Shown piece after piece: positions 39,350 through 54,654 of a DNA stretch of 64,000 bases. The DNA lies in assembly GCA_964016885.1 (NCBI GenBank), contig OZ024740.1, positions 65,038,001-65,102,000 on the forward strand, written 5' to 3'. The translations under genes were made by a program, and so were the position numbers. This DNA is from Eledone cirrhosa. Its lineage: Eukaryota. The notes under the pieces are model-generated. The model did no database searches and was not told the origin of the DNA. It saw only the letters and a list, made by a program, of their open reading frames with translations. Each line of letters begins with the position of its first letter. Positions within the stretch are counted from its first letter, which is position 1.

Positions 39350-41586
39350 TTAACATTTCAAATACAAACCTCTCAGCCCAACAAGTAAAAATTCTCTCCA
39401 AAGGTCTGAAATTCACACCAACACCACAATATCCTAACGCCAACGAGATAAATCACGATATCTCACACTTCTGTAGAAAATTACGTGTCACAGAGGAATT
39501 CTTTGACAAGGAGAATAACGACGAATCAATTGTACGGAATAAAAGCAGCTACAACCCAACAAAAGGTAGAAACAGAGTTCTGGACAAATTTTGTGACCAC
39601 ATAGCTACCTTCCCATACCATGAACTACCGCAACCTAAACCCAAACCCAACACAAGTCGAAGGGAATGGGAGATTATCCATGAACTAAAAAACAATCCGG
39701 ACATTGTAATTAAGGAAGCGGACAAGGGAAGTACTGTTGTCATTATGGAGGCTGAAAAATATAAAAATTCTATGTTCTCTCTCTTACAAAATACTAATTA
39801 CTATGAAAGAGTAAAAAACTACCAGCAATCAAAAATAATGACCAAATTAAACACACTGATTTATCGATACCAGGAAGACCTAACTAAAAAGGAACGCGAT
39901 TATTTAACAAATTTTGAATACAAAACCAGCAACCTTTACGGACTTCCGAAGATTCACAAATGTAAAATAATCAACGATGCCTGTAAACAATCCACCTCAG
40001 CCTGCGTGAACACACAATACCCCACAGACCTTAAATTAAGACCAATTGTAGCGGGCCCACAATGTGAAACACACAGATTGAGCAACTTTATAGACATACT
40101 ACTGAAACCAATACTGAAACACATACCAAGCCTTGTAAGAGACGATCTGGACCTCTTAAACCACCTCCCCAAACATGTCAACAACGACACTATTATTGTG
40201 TCTTTCGATGTAGTGAATCTCTACACAACGATCCCACACCAATACGGACTGGAAGCAATAGGATTCTGGCTAGAGAAATATCCCAATGAGATACCTGACA
40301 GAATAGAAAAAAGCTTCATCACCGAGGGATTAAAATTCATCCTACAGAACAACTTTTTTGATTTCGATGGCAATACTTACAAGCAAATATCGGGGACTGC
40401 GATGGGCCACAAAAGCCGCTCCAACTTATGCCAACTTAGTCATGGCATACTTAGAAGTCCAGATATATGAACAGTCCAAATCAAAATACGGATTGAACTT
40501 CCACAAATATTTATCAGAGAATTGGAAACGCTACTTGGATGATTGCCTCATTCTTTGGTCCCACACACTCGACCAACTGAAGGATTTCAAAAACTTAATA
40601 AACGGCATCAATAACCACATCCAATTCACAATGGAATACAGCCAAGATCAACTCCCATTTCTGGACATCTTAATCACAAAAAAAGACACAAATATCGAAA
40701 CTGACATACACTACAAACCAACAGATTCCAAACAATATCTGCTATTCACTCCAACCATCCAAAGCACACGAAGACGAACATTCCTTTTAACCTAGCAAGA
40801 AGAATTTGCACAATTGTCTCCAATTATGAAACGCGAAATAAAAGACTTCAAGAATTAAAGGAAATTCTACTTGAGAGAGAGTACCCACTATTACTAATAA
40901 ATAATGGAATAGAAAGGGCTAAAGCAATAGGCATTGATGAATTACGGAAACAGAAACAAATTCAAGGTACGTCCAATATTCTATCATATATCTCAACACA
41001 CAACCCAAGAAATGCGGAAGCTTACAACACTATTCACAATAACATCCCACTACTAAAACAAAACCCAAGAATGAAAAAAGCCCTTGAAACACACAAAATA
41101 ATCAAAAGCAAAAGACAACCAAAATCACTGAAAACATTACTCACCAATGCCAAATTACCTACCACAAACCCACAACCAAGTATCAAAAAATGTGGTCGCT
41201 CTAATTGTGGAACCTGCACTCACCTCATTGAAGGCAACACGTATACATTTAAATCAGGACAAAATTTTACTGTAAAAAATCACTTCACTTGCTCATCAAA
41301 AAAACTACTTTATGCCATTAAATGTAAAGGATGCAATGAAGATTATATAGGACAAAATAAACTCACACTCAGAAACAGAATGACAGTTCATCGCCAACAA
41401 TTACGAGATCCAACCACGAGACAAATACCACTAAGTGCACATCTAGGCATTTGCGCAAGTAATAAGACACCCACATTCCAAGTCTTCCCATTTTAACTTT
41501 GCGCTAACAATACAACAGGACAAATGCGAATAAATAAGGAAAATATGTTTATTCAAAAATATAGACCAACATTAAATAAGGTTTAA
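39286..41586 (+). pseudogene. PLE ORF2: RT + Cys finger + GIY-YIG, few lesions
   Basis: LSKGLKFTPTP, IKEADKG, LYGLPKIHK, LRPIVAG, FDVVNLYTTIP, GTAMG, APTYAN, RYLDD, LPFLD, KCGRSNCGTC, LLYAIKCKGC..YIGQ..LRNRM..HR, FIQKYRPTLN. Confidence 0.93.
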
Positions 41587-42624
41587 TATACATTATGTCA
41601 ACACCACAATATGACATACACACACACACATAACACCTACTTTAGAAAATAAAAACCCGAACTAAATAAACCTTAAACATACGTTTGCACTGGCAATACA
41701 ACAGCAAACACGAAAAAGTCAGGAAAATATGTTCATTCAAAAATATTCCTACTAAAGGAATCATTTTCCTACACACACACATACACACACACAAAATATA
41801 TATATATATTCTCTTCATCTTAACATGCTAACCATACTCCCACACACATAACACCCACACACACACATAAAAACCCCCACACCTACAACACCCTCCCCAT
41901 TTCTACTAATAGAACCACTTTCCTACACACATATATATATACACACACACAAAAAATATATATTCTCTCTATCTAACATACTCGCACACACACACATAAC
42001 ACCCATATACACACACACACAACTCCCTCCCCCATCTCTACTAATAGAATCATCTTCCAATACACACATACACACACGCACACACACACACACATATACA
42101 CACACACAAGCACACAAATAAACACATATCTTCAGTCTCAATAGAAAATCTGAACTCTGACACCTGAACTCTGACAGCTGACCATATTCACTGAACCAGA
42201 ACATTTCTCCTAATCCCTTTTCCCTTGACCACTATCTCTCCATTGTCATAACATTCACTATAAAGACTACAGAATAGTTTTCCAAATAAGGGCGCAAAAA
42301 TGTAATGAAAACTTGTTCACGTGACAGCCAAATTTCATTTATAACCAACCAAAAAAAAGCCTTCGTGAGCCTCATTTTTTCAAGTAAAAAGAAATTCAAA
42401 CACTCATATATGAAAAAACAACCTGTGACAACCCCCCCCCCCCCTCTCTTATTTGAAGAACTATTGTAACGCGAACTGGCGCGAAATTTATTATAATTAT
42501 TGACAAACCAATCAAATTACTTCTCGAAAAACCTGGTTTTCGAGCCAGTTTTTCCATATAAAACAAGTAACATTTAGAGACCAACCAGATGTGAGAAAAA
42601 CCACAGACCCTCCATCTCAACTCA

Positions 42625-42662
42625 CCTTTTGAAAAGCAGAAGAACTGCGAAACCGGTAAAGG
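42625..42662 (+). ncRNA. Minimal type I hammerhead, U3-A8 core, palindromic stem III (ACCGGU)
   Basis: cctt TTGAAAA gcag aagaa ctgc GAAA ccgg TA aagg. Confidence 0.8.
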
Positions 42663-42675
42663 AACCAAATAAATA

Positions 42676-42710
<35 letters not shown>

Positions 42711-42747
42711 TAAGACTTCAGTTGCATTTTCGATTTCATCCCTTTTT

Positions 42748-42788
<41 letters not shown>

Positions 42789-42828
42789 ATATAGAAAGTC
42801 TTCTACTCGCGATTGAAGCCGGGATAAA

Positions 42829-42889
<61 letters not shown>

Positions 42890-42980
42890 CGAAGGAAATG
42901 TGGTAAGGAACCAGGTGGATCATAACGCACCAAAGTACTCAATACTTAGGGTAGTAGAGTGGGTAATAGGAACCAGTAAG

Positions 42981-43074
42981 ACCCCGACGGCTGAGCTCAA
43001 GCCGTTTCGACGGCTAATTCTGGACTAAATGTAAATTTATCCTGGTATTTAAATAGCCGAGCTTCTCAAGGGGT
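42981..43074 (-). ncRNA. Type I hammerhead, U3-A8 core, extended stem III
   Basis: Mirror of 47310-47403; loop III contains palindromic gagctc. Confidence 0.85.
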
Positions 43075-44199
43075 AATTCCATATATGGTCAAAGTGATTG
43101 TCAAAAGTTAGTAGTAATTCTGTGATTGCAAATTAGTAGGGGAGATGGTGGCTAAACCTGCCATTAGGAGAAAAAGAGGAGGGGGTGTAGTAGACACAAT
43201 CATGCGTTGGTAGTGCCGGCTACAGCTGGGCATGAGGTCAAAGAAGATACTGGGGAGGGGAGGGGGAGGAAGTCGAAACGGTAGGGAGAACAATGAGGGG
43301 TAAAAATATATATATGAAAGAAAAAATACTGAGAGTGATGAAAAGCGAATAAGTGTAAAGAAAAAAGAATATATAAGCAAGTTCTACGACCTAAGTCTCT
43401 AGCTATTGTTAGGCTAGATAAATAAATAAATAAAGAAAGAAAGAAATAAAGAAAGAAATAAAGAAATAACGAAATAAGTAAATAAACTAGGTGGGACGGA
43501 ATAGGAAAGGACCCTTTTAAGAGGTATAAGTACGTAAATCATACGGTGACGGGTCAACAATGGGGCCAAAATACTAAAGAAACTACCACGAAATAAATAA
43601 TAATAAAGGTTTCTACACCGGGCACAAGGCCAGCAACCACCCACTGCAGACAAGTAAACTAGTACGAGATAATAATTCTGAGTCCCGAAAAAAAAAATAC
43701 TAATGCTAACTCTAAAGGTACCGCCACGCTACAAAAGTTCTTATACAAGATACATGAAAGTTCGTACGAAGTAAAGGTAGAATACGGAAAAATAAATTCA
43801 GAATCCACCCTGCCCAAAAGAAAGGAGAATAAAGAAATACTTAAACGAGAAATTAAGGCATAAGTGCCACTAAGAAATATAGAAGGCACGGAAAAAAGGG
43901 GGAGCGGTCGGAAAAGGGGGCAAGTATCCGAGGTCTAACACAACTGCTATAAAAAGCGGAGTCCGCCAAATCTATCATAGACTAGGGGAGGGGTGGGGGT
44001 ACTGAGGCTACAAGGGGCCAAAGGGCAGCCTCGGGTGGGCGAGAAAAAGACGCCGACAAAGAAGAAGAACTGGGGTAGAAGGACTAAGGAGGGATGGGGG
44101 AGAAGGAAATAAAGGAAGCGATAAAAGAATAAAAAGATCTTACGTCACCCTTGGCAAGCAGGGGTTACCCATTGCAAAATCGGCAAGTGGGGTGTTATA

Positions 44200-45640
44200 G
44201 CCCTAGTGTACCCCCCCTCCCCGGGTCATTATGGGGTTTGAGGGCGAGGTAAGTCCTACGCAATCTATGTTTACATGCAGTAACCAGTTCATCTTTCTTG
44301 TTTAGGAGTTGGTCCGTCGAAAACAGCATTTGTAAAGTTTCCTCCGAGCATAAATTGCACGGACGGCGTCCTCCCGTGTAAGAGTTGGCTCTGGACAGTA
44401 ATCTCCAAGTGAGATCATAGGTGATTTTGTTGTCCTTGAGGTCTCATATGTGGCCCGAATGTGTAGTGGCGTGACACCGGGCCGGGTTTCGGAAGGTATG
44501 TCTATGTTGGTATAGCCGGGTCTTGAAGTCACATGTGGTTAGTCCTATATAAGCTTTGTTGGAGGTGTCCGTCCTCACGTTGCACTGGTAGATCACGTTA
44601 CGGTGTCTGCATCTATTGTCGAGTGGGCAAATGGATCTATCCGGACAGTTGCACCTCCTGGTCGGCTCTCCACTGCTATTTTGGTTATTTCTTCCATCGG
44701 GGTTGAGTTTTTTGTTGCTAGAAGAGACGATGTTTTGTGCGAAGTTTGGTGTAGTGCTGTAAGAGAGTTTGATGGTATTTTTGTTAATTATGATGTGGTA
44801 GCGGTGTTGTAGTGGGAAGTGTTTTTCAATGAGCCTAAAGAATATTTTCTCGATGGGAGTTGTCACCTCTGCGTTGTGGGGAGGATTGAACCATGTTACA
44901 TTGCGTGAGCGGCGGTGTCTCCTGCTGGTTCCGCTAATGGGACCTGGACAGTAGGATATTTCCTCCCGGAAACCACTCCGCTTGAGGGCCTGGTTGTAAT
45001 AAGGCGCATGTTCATCGAATATCCGCTCATTAGCTGACAAACGGGATATGCGGAGGGAGATGTTTTTGACCAGGTTGTTGGTGATGTTCATAGGATGGTT
45101 TGATCGGCGGTGGATGTAGTGCAGGTTGTCATTAGGTTTCCTGTATGGGTAGTACAGGTCGTTTTCGAGGTCGAGGGTCACGTCCAGGAAGTTTACTCGG
45201 GTCAGGGACGTTTGTAGGGTTATTTTAAATCCCCAGTTGCGGAAGAAGCTGATTAATTGTTTCCGGACCCGATCTGTACTACTGGGGTTGTACCCTTTAA
45301 GGGTAAGGAGCCCATCATCACGGTACAATCCACCACCAAATGCAGGAAACATATCGGTGAGTTTGGCTATTAGGAATAATCCTATAAGATCTGTGACCTC
45401 TGCCGAATCCGTGGCGCCCATGCTGACGTCGAATGGTGAGTCGGGAGCTCTTTTTATCCATTTAGAGTTGTCAAAGAGTAAGACTGTCTTCCTGGCGTGG
45501 AGGATGATTTTTCTTTCCTGGTCGGTGATGGGCACAAGTGTTTCGGCGAAGTCCAAGGCAGCAGTAAGTAGCGGTAAGGTGATTGAAGCATAGTAGCTTT
45601 CTAGGTCGAACTGTATGAATTTAGTGTCTCGTTTATCCTC
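44200..45640 (-). pseudogene. 5'-truncated PLE RT + GIY-YIG (YRDD type), frameshift in the endonuclease
   Basis: FDLESYYASI, MGATDSAEVTDLIG, LYRDD, VNFLD, SNHP, WFNPP, CNC...CPL..RC, NVIYQC, YIGLT..FKTR; homologous to 16938-19013. Confidence 0.92.
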
Positions 45641-47309
45641 CAAACTTCGCACAAAACATCGTCTCCTCTAACAACAAAAAACTCAACCACGATGGAAGAA
45701 ATAACCTGAATAGCAGTGGAGAGCCGACCAGGAGGTGCAACTGTCCGGATAGACCTATTTGCCCACTCGACAATAGATGCAGAGACCGTAATGTGATCTA
45801 CCACTGCAACGTGAAGACAGAAAAGCTTATATAGGACTAACCGCATGTGACTTCAAGACCCGGCTATACCAACATAGACATACCTTCCGAAACCCGGCCC
45901 GGCGTCACGCCACTACACTTTCGGGACACATATGGGACCTCAAGGACAACAACATCACCTATTATCTCACTTGGAGATTACTGTCCAGAGCCAACTCTTA
46001 CACGGGAGGACGCCGTCCGTGCAATTTATGCTCGGAGGAAACTTTACAAATGCTGTTTTCGACGGACCAACTCCTAAACAAGAAAGATGAACTGGTTACT
46101 GCATGTAAACATAGATTGCGTAGGACTTATCTCGCCCTCAAACCCCATAATGACCCGGGGGGGGGGGTAGACTAGGGCTATAACACCCCACTTGCCGATT
46201 TTGCAATGGGTAACCCCTGCTTACCAAGGGAGACGTAAGATCTTCTTTTTATTCTTTTATCGCTTCCTTTATTTCCTTGTTCCCCCATCCCTCCTTAGTC
46301 CTTCTACCCCAGTTCTTCTTCTTTGTCGGCGTCTTTTTCTCGCCCACCCGATGCTGCCCTTTGGCCCCTTGTAGCCTCAGTACCCCCACCCCCTCCCCTA
46401 GTCTATGATAGATTTGGCGGTCTCCGCTTTTTATAGCAGTTGTGTTAGACCTCGGATACTTGCCCCCTTTTCCGACCGCTCCACCTTTTTTTCGTGCCTT
46501 CTATATTTCTTAATGGCACTTATGCCTTAATTTCTCGTTTTAGTATTTCTTTCATCTCCTTTCTTTTGGGCGGGGTGGATTCTGAATTTATTTTTCCGTA
46601 TTCTACCTTTACTTCGTACGAACTTTCATGTAGCTTGTATAAGAACTTTTGTAGCGTGGCGGTACCTTTAGAGTTAGCATTAGTATATTTTTTTCGGGAC
46701 TCAGAATTATTATCTCGTACTAGTTTACTTTTCTGCACTAGGCGGTTGCTGGCCTTGCGCACGGGGTAGAAACCTTTATTATTATTTATTTCGTGGTAGT
46801 TTCTTTAGTATTTTGGCCCCATTTGTTGACCCGTCACCGTATGATTTACGTACTTATACCTCTTAAAAGTGTCCTTTCCTATTCCGTCCCACCTAGTTTA
46901 TTTACTTATTTCGTTATTTCTTTATTTCTTTCTTTATTTCTTTATTTCTTTCTTTATTTATTTATCTAGCCTAACAATAGCTAGAGACTTAGGTCGTAGA
47001 ACTTGCTTATATATTCTTTTTTCTTTACACTTATTCGCTTTTCATCACTCTCAGTATTTTTTCTTTCATATATATTTTTTTACCCCTCATTGTTCTACCT
47101 ACCGTTTCGAATTCCTCCCCCTCCCCCTCCCCAGTATCTTCTTTGACCTCATGCCCAGCTGTAGCCAGCACTACCAACGCATGATTGTGTCTACTCCACC
47201 CTCTCCCCTTTTTCTCCTAATGGCAGGTTTAGCCACCATCTCCCCTACTAATTTGCCATCACAGAATTACTACTAACTTTTGACAATCACTTTGACCATA
47301 TGTGGAATT

Positions 47310-47403
47310 ACCCCTTGAGAAGCTCGGCTATTTAAATACCAGGATAAATTTTCATTTAGTCCAGAATTAGCCGTCGAAACGGCTTCATCTCAGCCGTCGG
47401 GGT
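47310..47403 (+). ncRNA. Type I hammerhead, U3-A8 core, GUC triplet
   Basis: acccc TTGAGAA gct cggcta...tagccg tc GAAA cggct-tcatctc-agccg TC ggggt. Confidence 0.85.
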
Positions 47404-47451
47404 CTTACTGGTTCCTATATATATATATATGTATATATAAAAAGAGTCTAA

Positions 47452-47690
47452 AGTCTGTCTTAAGCCAGAAGGCTCATTTGGCTGGTGCTTATCTCGGTTT
47501 CATGGCGTGAAGCGACCGAGAGTACAAGACTCCCCCTGGACAGGACGCCAGCCCATCGCAGGGTTAAACCTCCAGCTATTGTTTGTACTCTTATTCAGCT
47601 TAGTAAACTGGAGCAACGTGAAATGAAGTGTTTTGCTCAAGAACACAACACGCAACTCAGGGATCGAGCACACGACATTATGATCGTGCC
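47452..47690 (-). mobile_element. tRNA-derived SINE family 2
   Basis: Central gttgtgttcttgagcaaaacacttcatttca is shared with 49680-49810. Confidence 0.75.
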
Positions 47691-47950
47691 TCCACTTATG
47701 TGTATATATATATATATATATATTCTTTTTATTAAGGCTAACTAGTAAGTCGTGTTACTCTCGCGGTTTGCCTGTTAATGACGTTATAAATAAAAAAGGT
47801 CTAAAGATAGCGGAGGGTGTTTATTTTTGTGTGTCTATATAAATATCTTTAAAATCTTTTTATAACTTTCATATCTTGACTTTTAAAATATTGCTTATAT
47901 ATATCCTTGTCTGTCTTTATAGTTGTGTTTGTATATAAATGTATATAAAT

Positions 47951-47997
<47 letters not shown>

Positions 47998-47999
<2 letters not shown>

Positions 48000-49650
48000 A
48001 TGTAAAATTGAACAGGGACAGAACAGAGAGGCATTACAATAAATGTTTATTAAATTCACGCTCAGGAGAGTGGGGGGTAGGTGGGGGACGACGTTTCGGG
48101 CAAAAGCCCTTCTTCAGGTGAGAAGTGTGTGGGAACAGAGTTCAAAAGGTGTGTAGGGGAGTGGTGGAGAGACATATAGCGAAAGGAAACGGTGCGAATG
48201 AAAAATTAACAAATAAAGACAAAAAATATAATAAATAAAAATAAAGCATGATCAAAATACAAGGAATGAGAAAATTTAAAAATAAAGGCATGATCAAAAT
48301 AAACTGAAATTAAAAGGGGGGTAAACAGGTGGTGGCGGGTGGAGTGGGGAGAGGGAGACGGGGTGTCCGAGCGGGGAGGGCTGAATGTGGTGTGTGTGGT
48401 TAGGTGTGTGTGTGTGTGTGTGTGTGTATGTGAAAGTGAGGGTTTGGGGAAGAACGGGGTTGCATGTTCAGGAAGGTGTGTGTGGGGGGTGTTTTTGTGG
48501 GTCGGAGTGTCTGTGCGTGTGTGGATAGGGGGGTGGGGGAGAGAGGAATCAGGAGGCTGAGGGTGTAAATATGTGGTGGGAAGCACGTGTGTGTGTGGTT
48601 TAAGCGTGTTGTGGGTGTGGATGGCGTGTGGATAAAAAAAAATTTTGGGGGTGTGTGTGGGTGAGTTATATAGGTGATGGTGTAAGAGGATGGTTGAAAA
48701 GTTGGTAAGTTCACGGATGTTTGGAGATTTGGTTAGAAGTCAATTTCGCGTGTGGGTAATCCAAGAAGTGGTGGTCGGAAGAGGAGAGATGTGGGGTGCG
48801 CGCGCAACAGGAAGTGGTCAGCAGTGGGAGTGCTGTGGTCAGTTGGTGCTGAGAGGTGGTGGGAAGGGCATAGCAGCAGTCGGGAGGCGAGGATGGGTAG
48901 GTGTGAGAGTTGGAGTGAGGAGGGTGTGTGTGTGTGTGTGTGTGTATTAGTAGGGGTGTTAGTGGGATGAGTGAGTGTGGAGCGGGGAGAGAAGGGTGTG
49001 TGTCGTTCTATGGAGGGAGTGTGGTGTACTGGTGTGTGTGTAGTTTGGTGAAGAGGTGTTAGTGGGTGTTAGTATACGGGAGGTGGGGAGGGGTGGAATG
49101 CAGGTGTGAGTGGGGGTTAGTGGTGGTAGGGTGTGTAGAGTTGGTGGTGTACGAGGGTGTGTGGGTACGTGTGCGTGGGGTTGGGGGGTGTTAGTGATGT
49201 TAGTTGCGTGTGGGGTGGGTGGTGTAAGTGGGTGCGTGTGTGCGTGTGATAAGGAGGGGGGAGGAGGAGAAGAGGGGAGGGAAGGGAGTTAGTATGTTAG
49301 TTGGGGAAGGGTGGTCAGATGAGGGGTGGAGTAGAGGTGTTAGTATTGTTAGTGTGGGGTGGGCGGTGAAAAGGAGGGGTGTGTTAGTGGGGGATAAGTG
49401 TGGGGGAGGGGGGCGGTCGAACGCTAAAGGAATAAGGGTGGGGAGTTCAGGCCGGGGGAGTGTGGGTCTGTAAGATGAAGATAGTGCGTTGTTCGACCGT
49501 AAGGCGATGGGCGGGTGTTCCGTGGCACTGGAGTAGGCCACAGACTGTGAGATGGCGTGCGGAGTGTCCAGGACTACCAAAGTGGCGGGCGATGGGGGAA
49601 CTGCCCCCGAGACGAATATCCCGGAGGTGCTCCGTGACTCGGTCCGCCAG
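47998..49650 (-). mobile_element. 5'-truncated Neptune-type PLE: GIY-YIG C-terminus (about 49440-49650), C/A-rich 3' UTR, HHR core at 48087-48122
   Basis: LADRVTEHLRDIR..SPIARHF..PGH...EQRTIFILQT..P(GLN). Minus strand CTGAAGA a gggc-tttt-gccc GAAA cgtcg tc; 3' strand of stem I not evident. Confidence 0.8.
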
Positions 49651-49679
49651 ATATATATATATATATATGTCTGAAGTCT

Positions 49680-49810
49680 GTCTAATTTTCAGCCGAGTAT
49701 AATGGAGCAACCTGAAATGAAGTGTTTTGCTCAAGAACACAACACGCAATCCTGGAATCGAACTCACGACATTATGATCGTAAGCCCAACACCCTTTCCA
49801 CTTGGCCATA
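49680..49810 (-). mobile_element. SINE family 2 tRNA head and core
   Basis: Minus strand: tggccaagtgg (A box) ...gagttcgattcc (B box) ...gtgttcttgagcaaaacac. Confidence 0.8.
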
Positions 49811-50079
49811 TATATATATATACACATACACACACACACACATATATATATATATATTTATATGTATAGATATGTAAGAGCTGCATATGTGGATTTAGAT
49901 ATATGTATGTGTAGATATGTGCGTCTGTGTATGTATATTTATGTAAATTTGTAATTGTATAATATCTGTATATGTAGATTACATCCACCACTTTATCCTG
50001 AAAATTCGAACAACCTTTTCACTAACTCCCTATATCGCCACCTTCACATTCCTTGCCTGCATCCCACTGACCAGTTAAA

Positions 50080-50290
50080 ATGCGTATCTCGGAGATCTAA
50101 GAATCACTCGAGGTAGCGCCGCTACTTCTCCGAACTGAGAGACGACAGCTCCAATAGTATGGGCAAGCGGTTAGAATGTCTCAGCAAAGATTCGCTGGAG
50201 ATGTGGGCAAGACCAAACGACCGGAGACCCAAGCAAGATCGTAGGATAAAATCTATGAGGCGGATTCATCTGACAGGAATCGCTAGAAGG
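50080..50290 (+). pseudogene. Degenerate RTE LINE 3' fragment
   Basis: Aligns by eye with the reverse complement of 59500-59720 (ccgctacttctccgaa, tatgggca, atgtctcag). Confidence 0.65.
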
Positions 50291-50352
50291 AGTGTTTAAG
50301 GATTCTGTCTGCACCACCCTCTCAGGAATAAGAAGGCGAAGAACGCGAAACG

Positions 50353-50410
<58 letters not shown>

Positions 50411-50505
50411 GTAGAACACCGGAAGGTAATATCCGTAGTGGTAGAGCACTCAGTCCATGGGACGAGTTAGGTAGAAGTGGTTACACAACAGTTAGTTCAC
50501 CATAC

Positions 50506-50543
50506 CGAGAACAATTGTTTCACCTTAGCGGATCTTCAGCTCA
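50506..50543 (-). ncRNA. Minimal type I hammerhead at a PLE end whose tail abuts (TA)n near 50407
   Basis: Minus strand: tgag CTGAAGA t cc-gctaa-gg t GAAA c aatt g TT ctcg. Confidence 0.7.
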
Positions 50544-50839
50544 TAATGGACATGGTTATACGGAAGAGGAAGGACAACCGTACGAATGCGCATGCGTTCT
50601 AAAATTAAATTTATGGTGTCGACTATTACATGATTAACACTATTTAAGTTCCTATGCATTAAAACACGCGTCCTATAAATATTTACACTCGCTCTGACAC
50701 TCATATCAATCAAACTAAACAGAACCTGGATTTCTTCGTCTTTCGTTTGTATCTTTATTTTAAAAAATAATTCTTCAAGTATTTTTTTTTCATTTTGCCT
50801 TGTTTCCGTTTGTTGGCATGTAATTCTCTTTGTTAATTT

Positions 50840-51629
50840 AAATGTTTCTTCTCTCTTCATAATGTAATTTTAACTCTGATACTGGTTCAGTCTAGTTCAA
50901 CTGAATTGGTCTGTCCCAGTCATTCATTGAGCAACATCGGTGAAGTTGGCACCCTTAACTCACAGTTGGGTGCGGATGCATTCATGTATATATGTGTGTG
51001 TCCGCATGTATCTGTGTGTTTCTAAATATATTGTTAATAACTCCCTCTGGTCGAGCAATCTTTGAAGTGTGGGGACAGCTGGAAAGCTTCCATTACTCAT
51101 ACTTCTCGCCTTCTTCACCACCTCTTCTACGGCCTCGATATAAATACCCCCTCCGCCTCCGTGGTATTTTCTTCGGGGTTATAAGGGGCTTAGCTCTGTT
51201 TCTCGACCGTTATATCGCGTGACTATCTCCCCCTCCGCCTTTTGGGATTCTTTCTCACGTCGTGTAGACGCGTTCTTGAGACTAGTAAAATGAGGTATCC
51301 TCTTGATAAGTCGGCAGACCTCGCAAGGACTCTATATCTTTATGATATATTGTTTTTGTTTATGCCACGAAACTACGTAGTCGAGGAATTTAGGAGCAGT
51401 TTAGGTATGATACATTTTATTACTAATTATATCCAAATGTTTCTTCTCTCTTCATAATGTATTTTTAACTCTGATACTGGTTCAGTCTAGTTCAACTGAA
51501 TTGGTCTGTCCCAGTCATTCATTGAGCAACATCGGTGAAGTTGGCACCCTTAACTCACAGTTGGGTGCGGATGCATTCATGTATATATGTGTGTGTCCGC
51601 ATGTATCTGTGTGTTTCTAAATATATTGT

Positions 51630-51631
<2 letters not shown>
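50840..51631 (+). mobile_element. 595-bp non-coding unit with ~197-bp terminal direct repeats (50840-51036 / 51435-51631) and an HHR; retrozyme-like
   Basis: Near-exact direct repeats, the second ending at (TA)n. Confidence 0.75.
51298..51387 (+). ncRNA. Type I hammerhead, U3-A8 core, GUC triplet, palindromic stem III
   Basis: tcctc TTGATAA gtcggca...tgccac GAAA cta-cg-tag TC gagga. Confidence 0.85.
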
Positions 51632-51693
<62 letters not shown>

Positions 51694-51742
51694 TATATAT
51701 ATACACACACATATATATATATACACACACACACCTAAATAT

Positions 51743-51811
<69 letters not shown>

Positions 51812-52198
51812 ACATTTAGTACAACATAATCGAAGCTCTGGTTGCAGCCAAGCTAACGAATGCAGTCGGGGTGTGCAGCTAAGCACTCAATAAGGTATAT
51901 TACCTTAGAGTTAAACATTACCTTTAGACAGCTTTGCAAATTGAAGACAGCGACCGATAGACGAGCCGTAGTGACCAAAGCGACGAAAAAAACTGAACTC
52001 AGGATAAAATATTACAAACCTGGACCATCGCGTCGATACCATACACAACACCTAATCTATACTATATAATATATATCATATATAATATATAATATCTCCG
52101 CTAGGTTTCTGTAAATCCGGAATCGATAAATCCACTTACAGGGGTCTACAAGTTAATGGTTTTTGGAAGATAGAACAGAGGAATTTACTTCGTCAAGA

Positions 52199-52262
<64 letters not shown>

Positions 52263-53124
52263 TACATAAGGTGCAATCATGACTCGATTGATATCTCGCT
52301 ACCGAGCAATTACACACAATAAGATAATATTGCAATATTATGAGAGCAAGCGCAGCAGGTGAGAGAATCACAAGAAAATGTTCGGGTGACTTTCAACATA
52401 AGCGGATGTATATTATAACTAAAAATAAATAGTTATCAGAAGTAGCATGTAAAACATGCAAATTATGAACACTGAAAGAAAGGAAAACGATTAGACTATA
52501 TTTAACGTGGGTGGCAGAACTCTCTCTCTCATTTTCCCTATCTCTCTCTCTCATTATATATATATATATATGAAAACATTTCCTGAACACAGAAACGGAA
52601 ACCACTTGGTGTCGCGGTCGGGTTCACTACGGATATCTATCTATCTATATATCTATCTATATATATTTTTTCAGAACAAATTTAGCGTTATGTTCAGTTT
52701 ATTCCCCAGATTAAGTAAAAAACAGAAAATCAAATCAGGTTACTATTCATCACAACTTAACTATGCACCTCGGCGATAAATACCACAGTCGAATTGAATA
52801 TATATCAAGTAAACAGTCGAAATTATTAGTTTATAAATATAATATATATTACACAGACATTGTTCACAGAAATAAAACCAATGTAGTCAAAATTGCCTTC
52901 AGAGAAATAATGAATATAAACTACGGTGAAATAATACATCATATCTTGGGAGAATAAAAAAATTCACCTACGTATGTGTGTAGTTATATACTTAAATCGT
53001 ACGTACGTATCTATGCATATATGTTGTATATATGTGGCTATATATATACATATAGTCACCCACACAGGTGCACGAATACAAAAATCACCCCCCACACACA
53101 GAGAAACACACATATATATATATA

Positions 53125-54640
<1,516 letters not shown>

Positions 54641-54654
54641 TAATATTATAATAA

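Larger units (their letters stand above)
37159..42751 (+). mobile_element. Neptune-type PLE family A with inverted arms (37159-38358 / 41629-42751) in (TA)n
   Basis: Near-identical reverse-complement arms of about 1.1 kb, internal ORFs, HHRs in both arms. Confidence 0.93.
42886..47418. mobile_element. PLE family B head-to-head insertion: minus copy 42886-45640 and plus copy 45640-47418, in (TA)n
   Basis: About 1.8-kb inverted arms (42967-44749 / 45640-47418); junction at ...ttatcctc|caaacttcgc. Confidence 0.93.
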
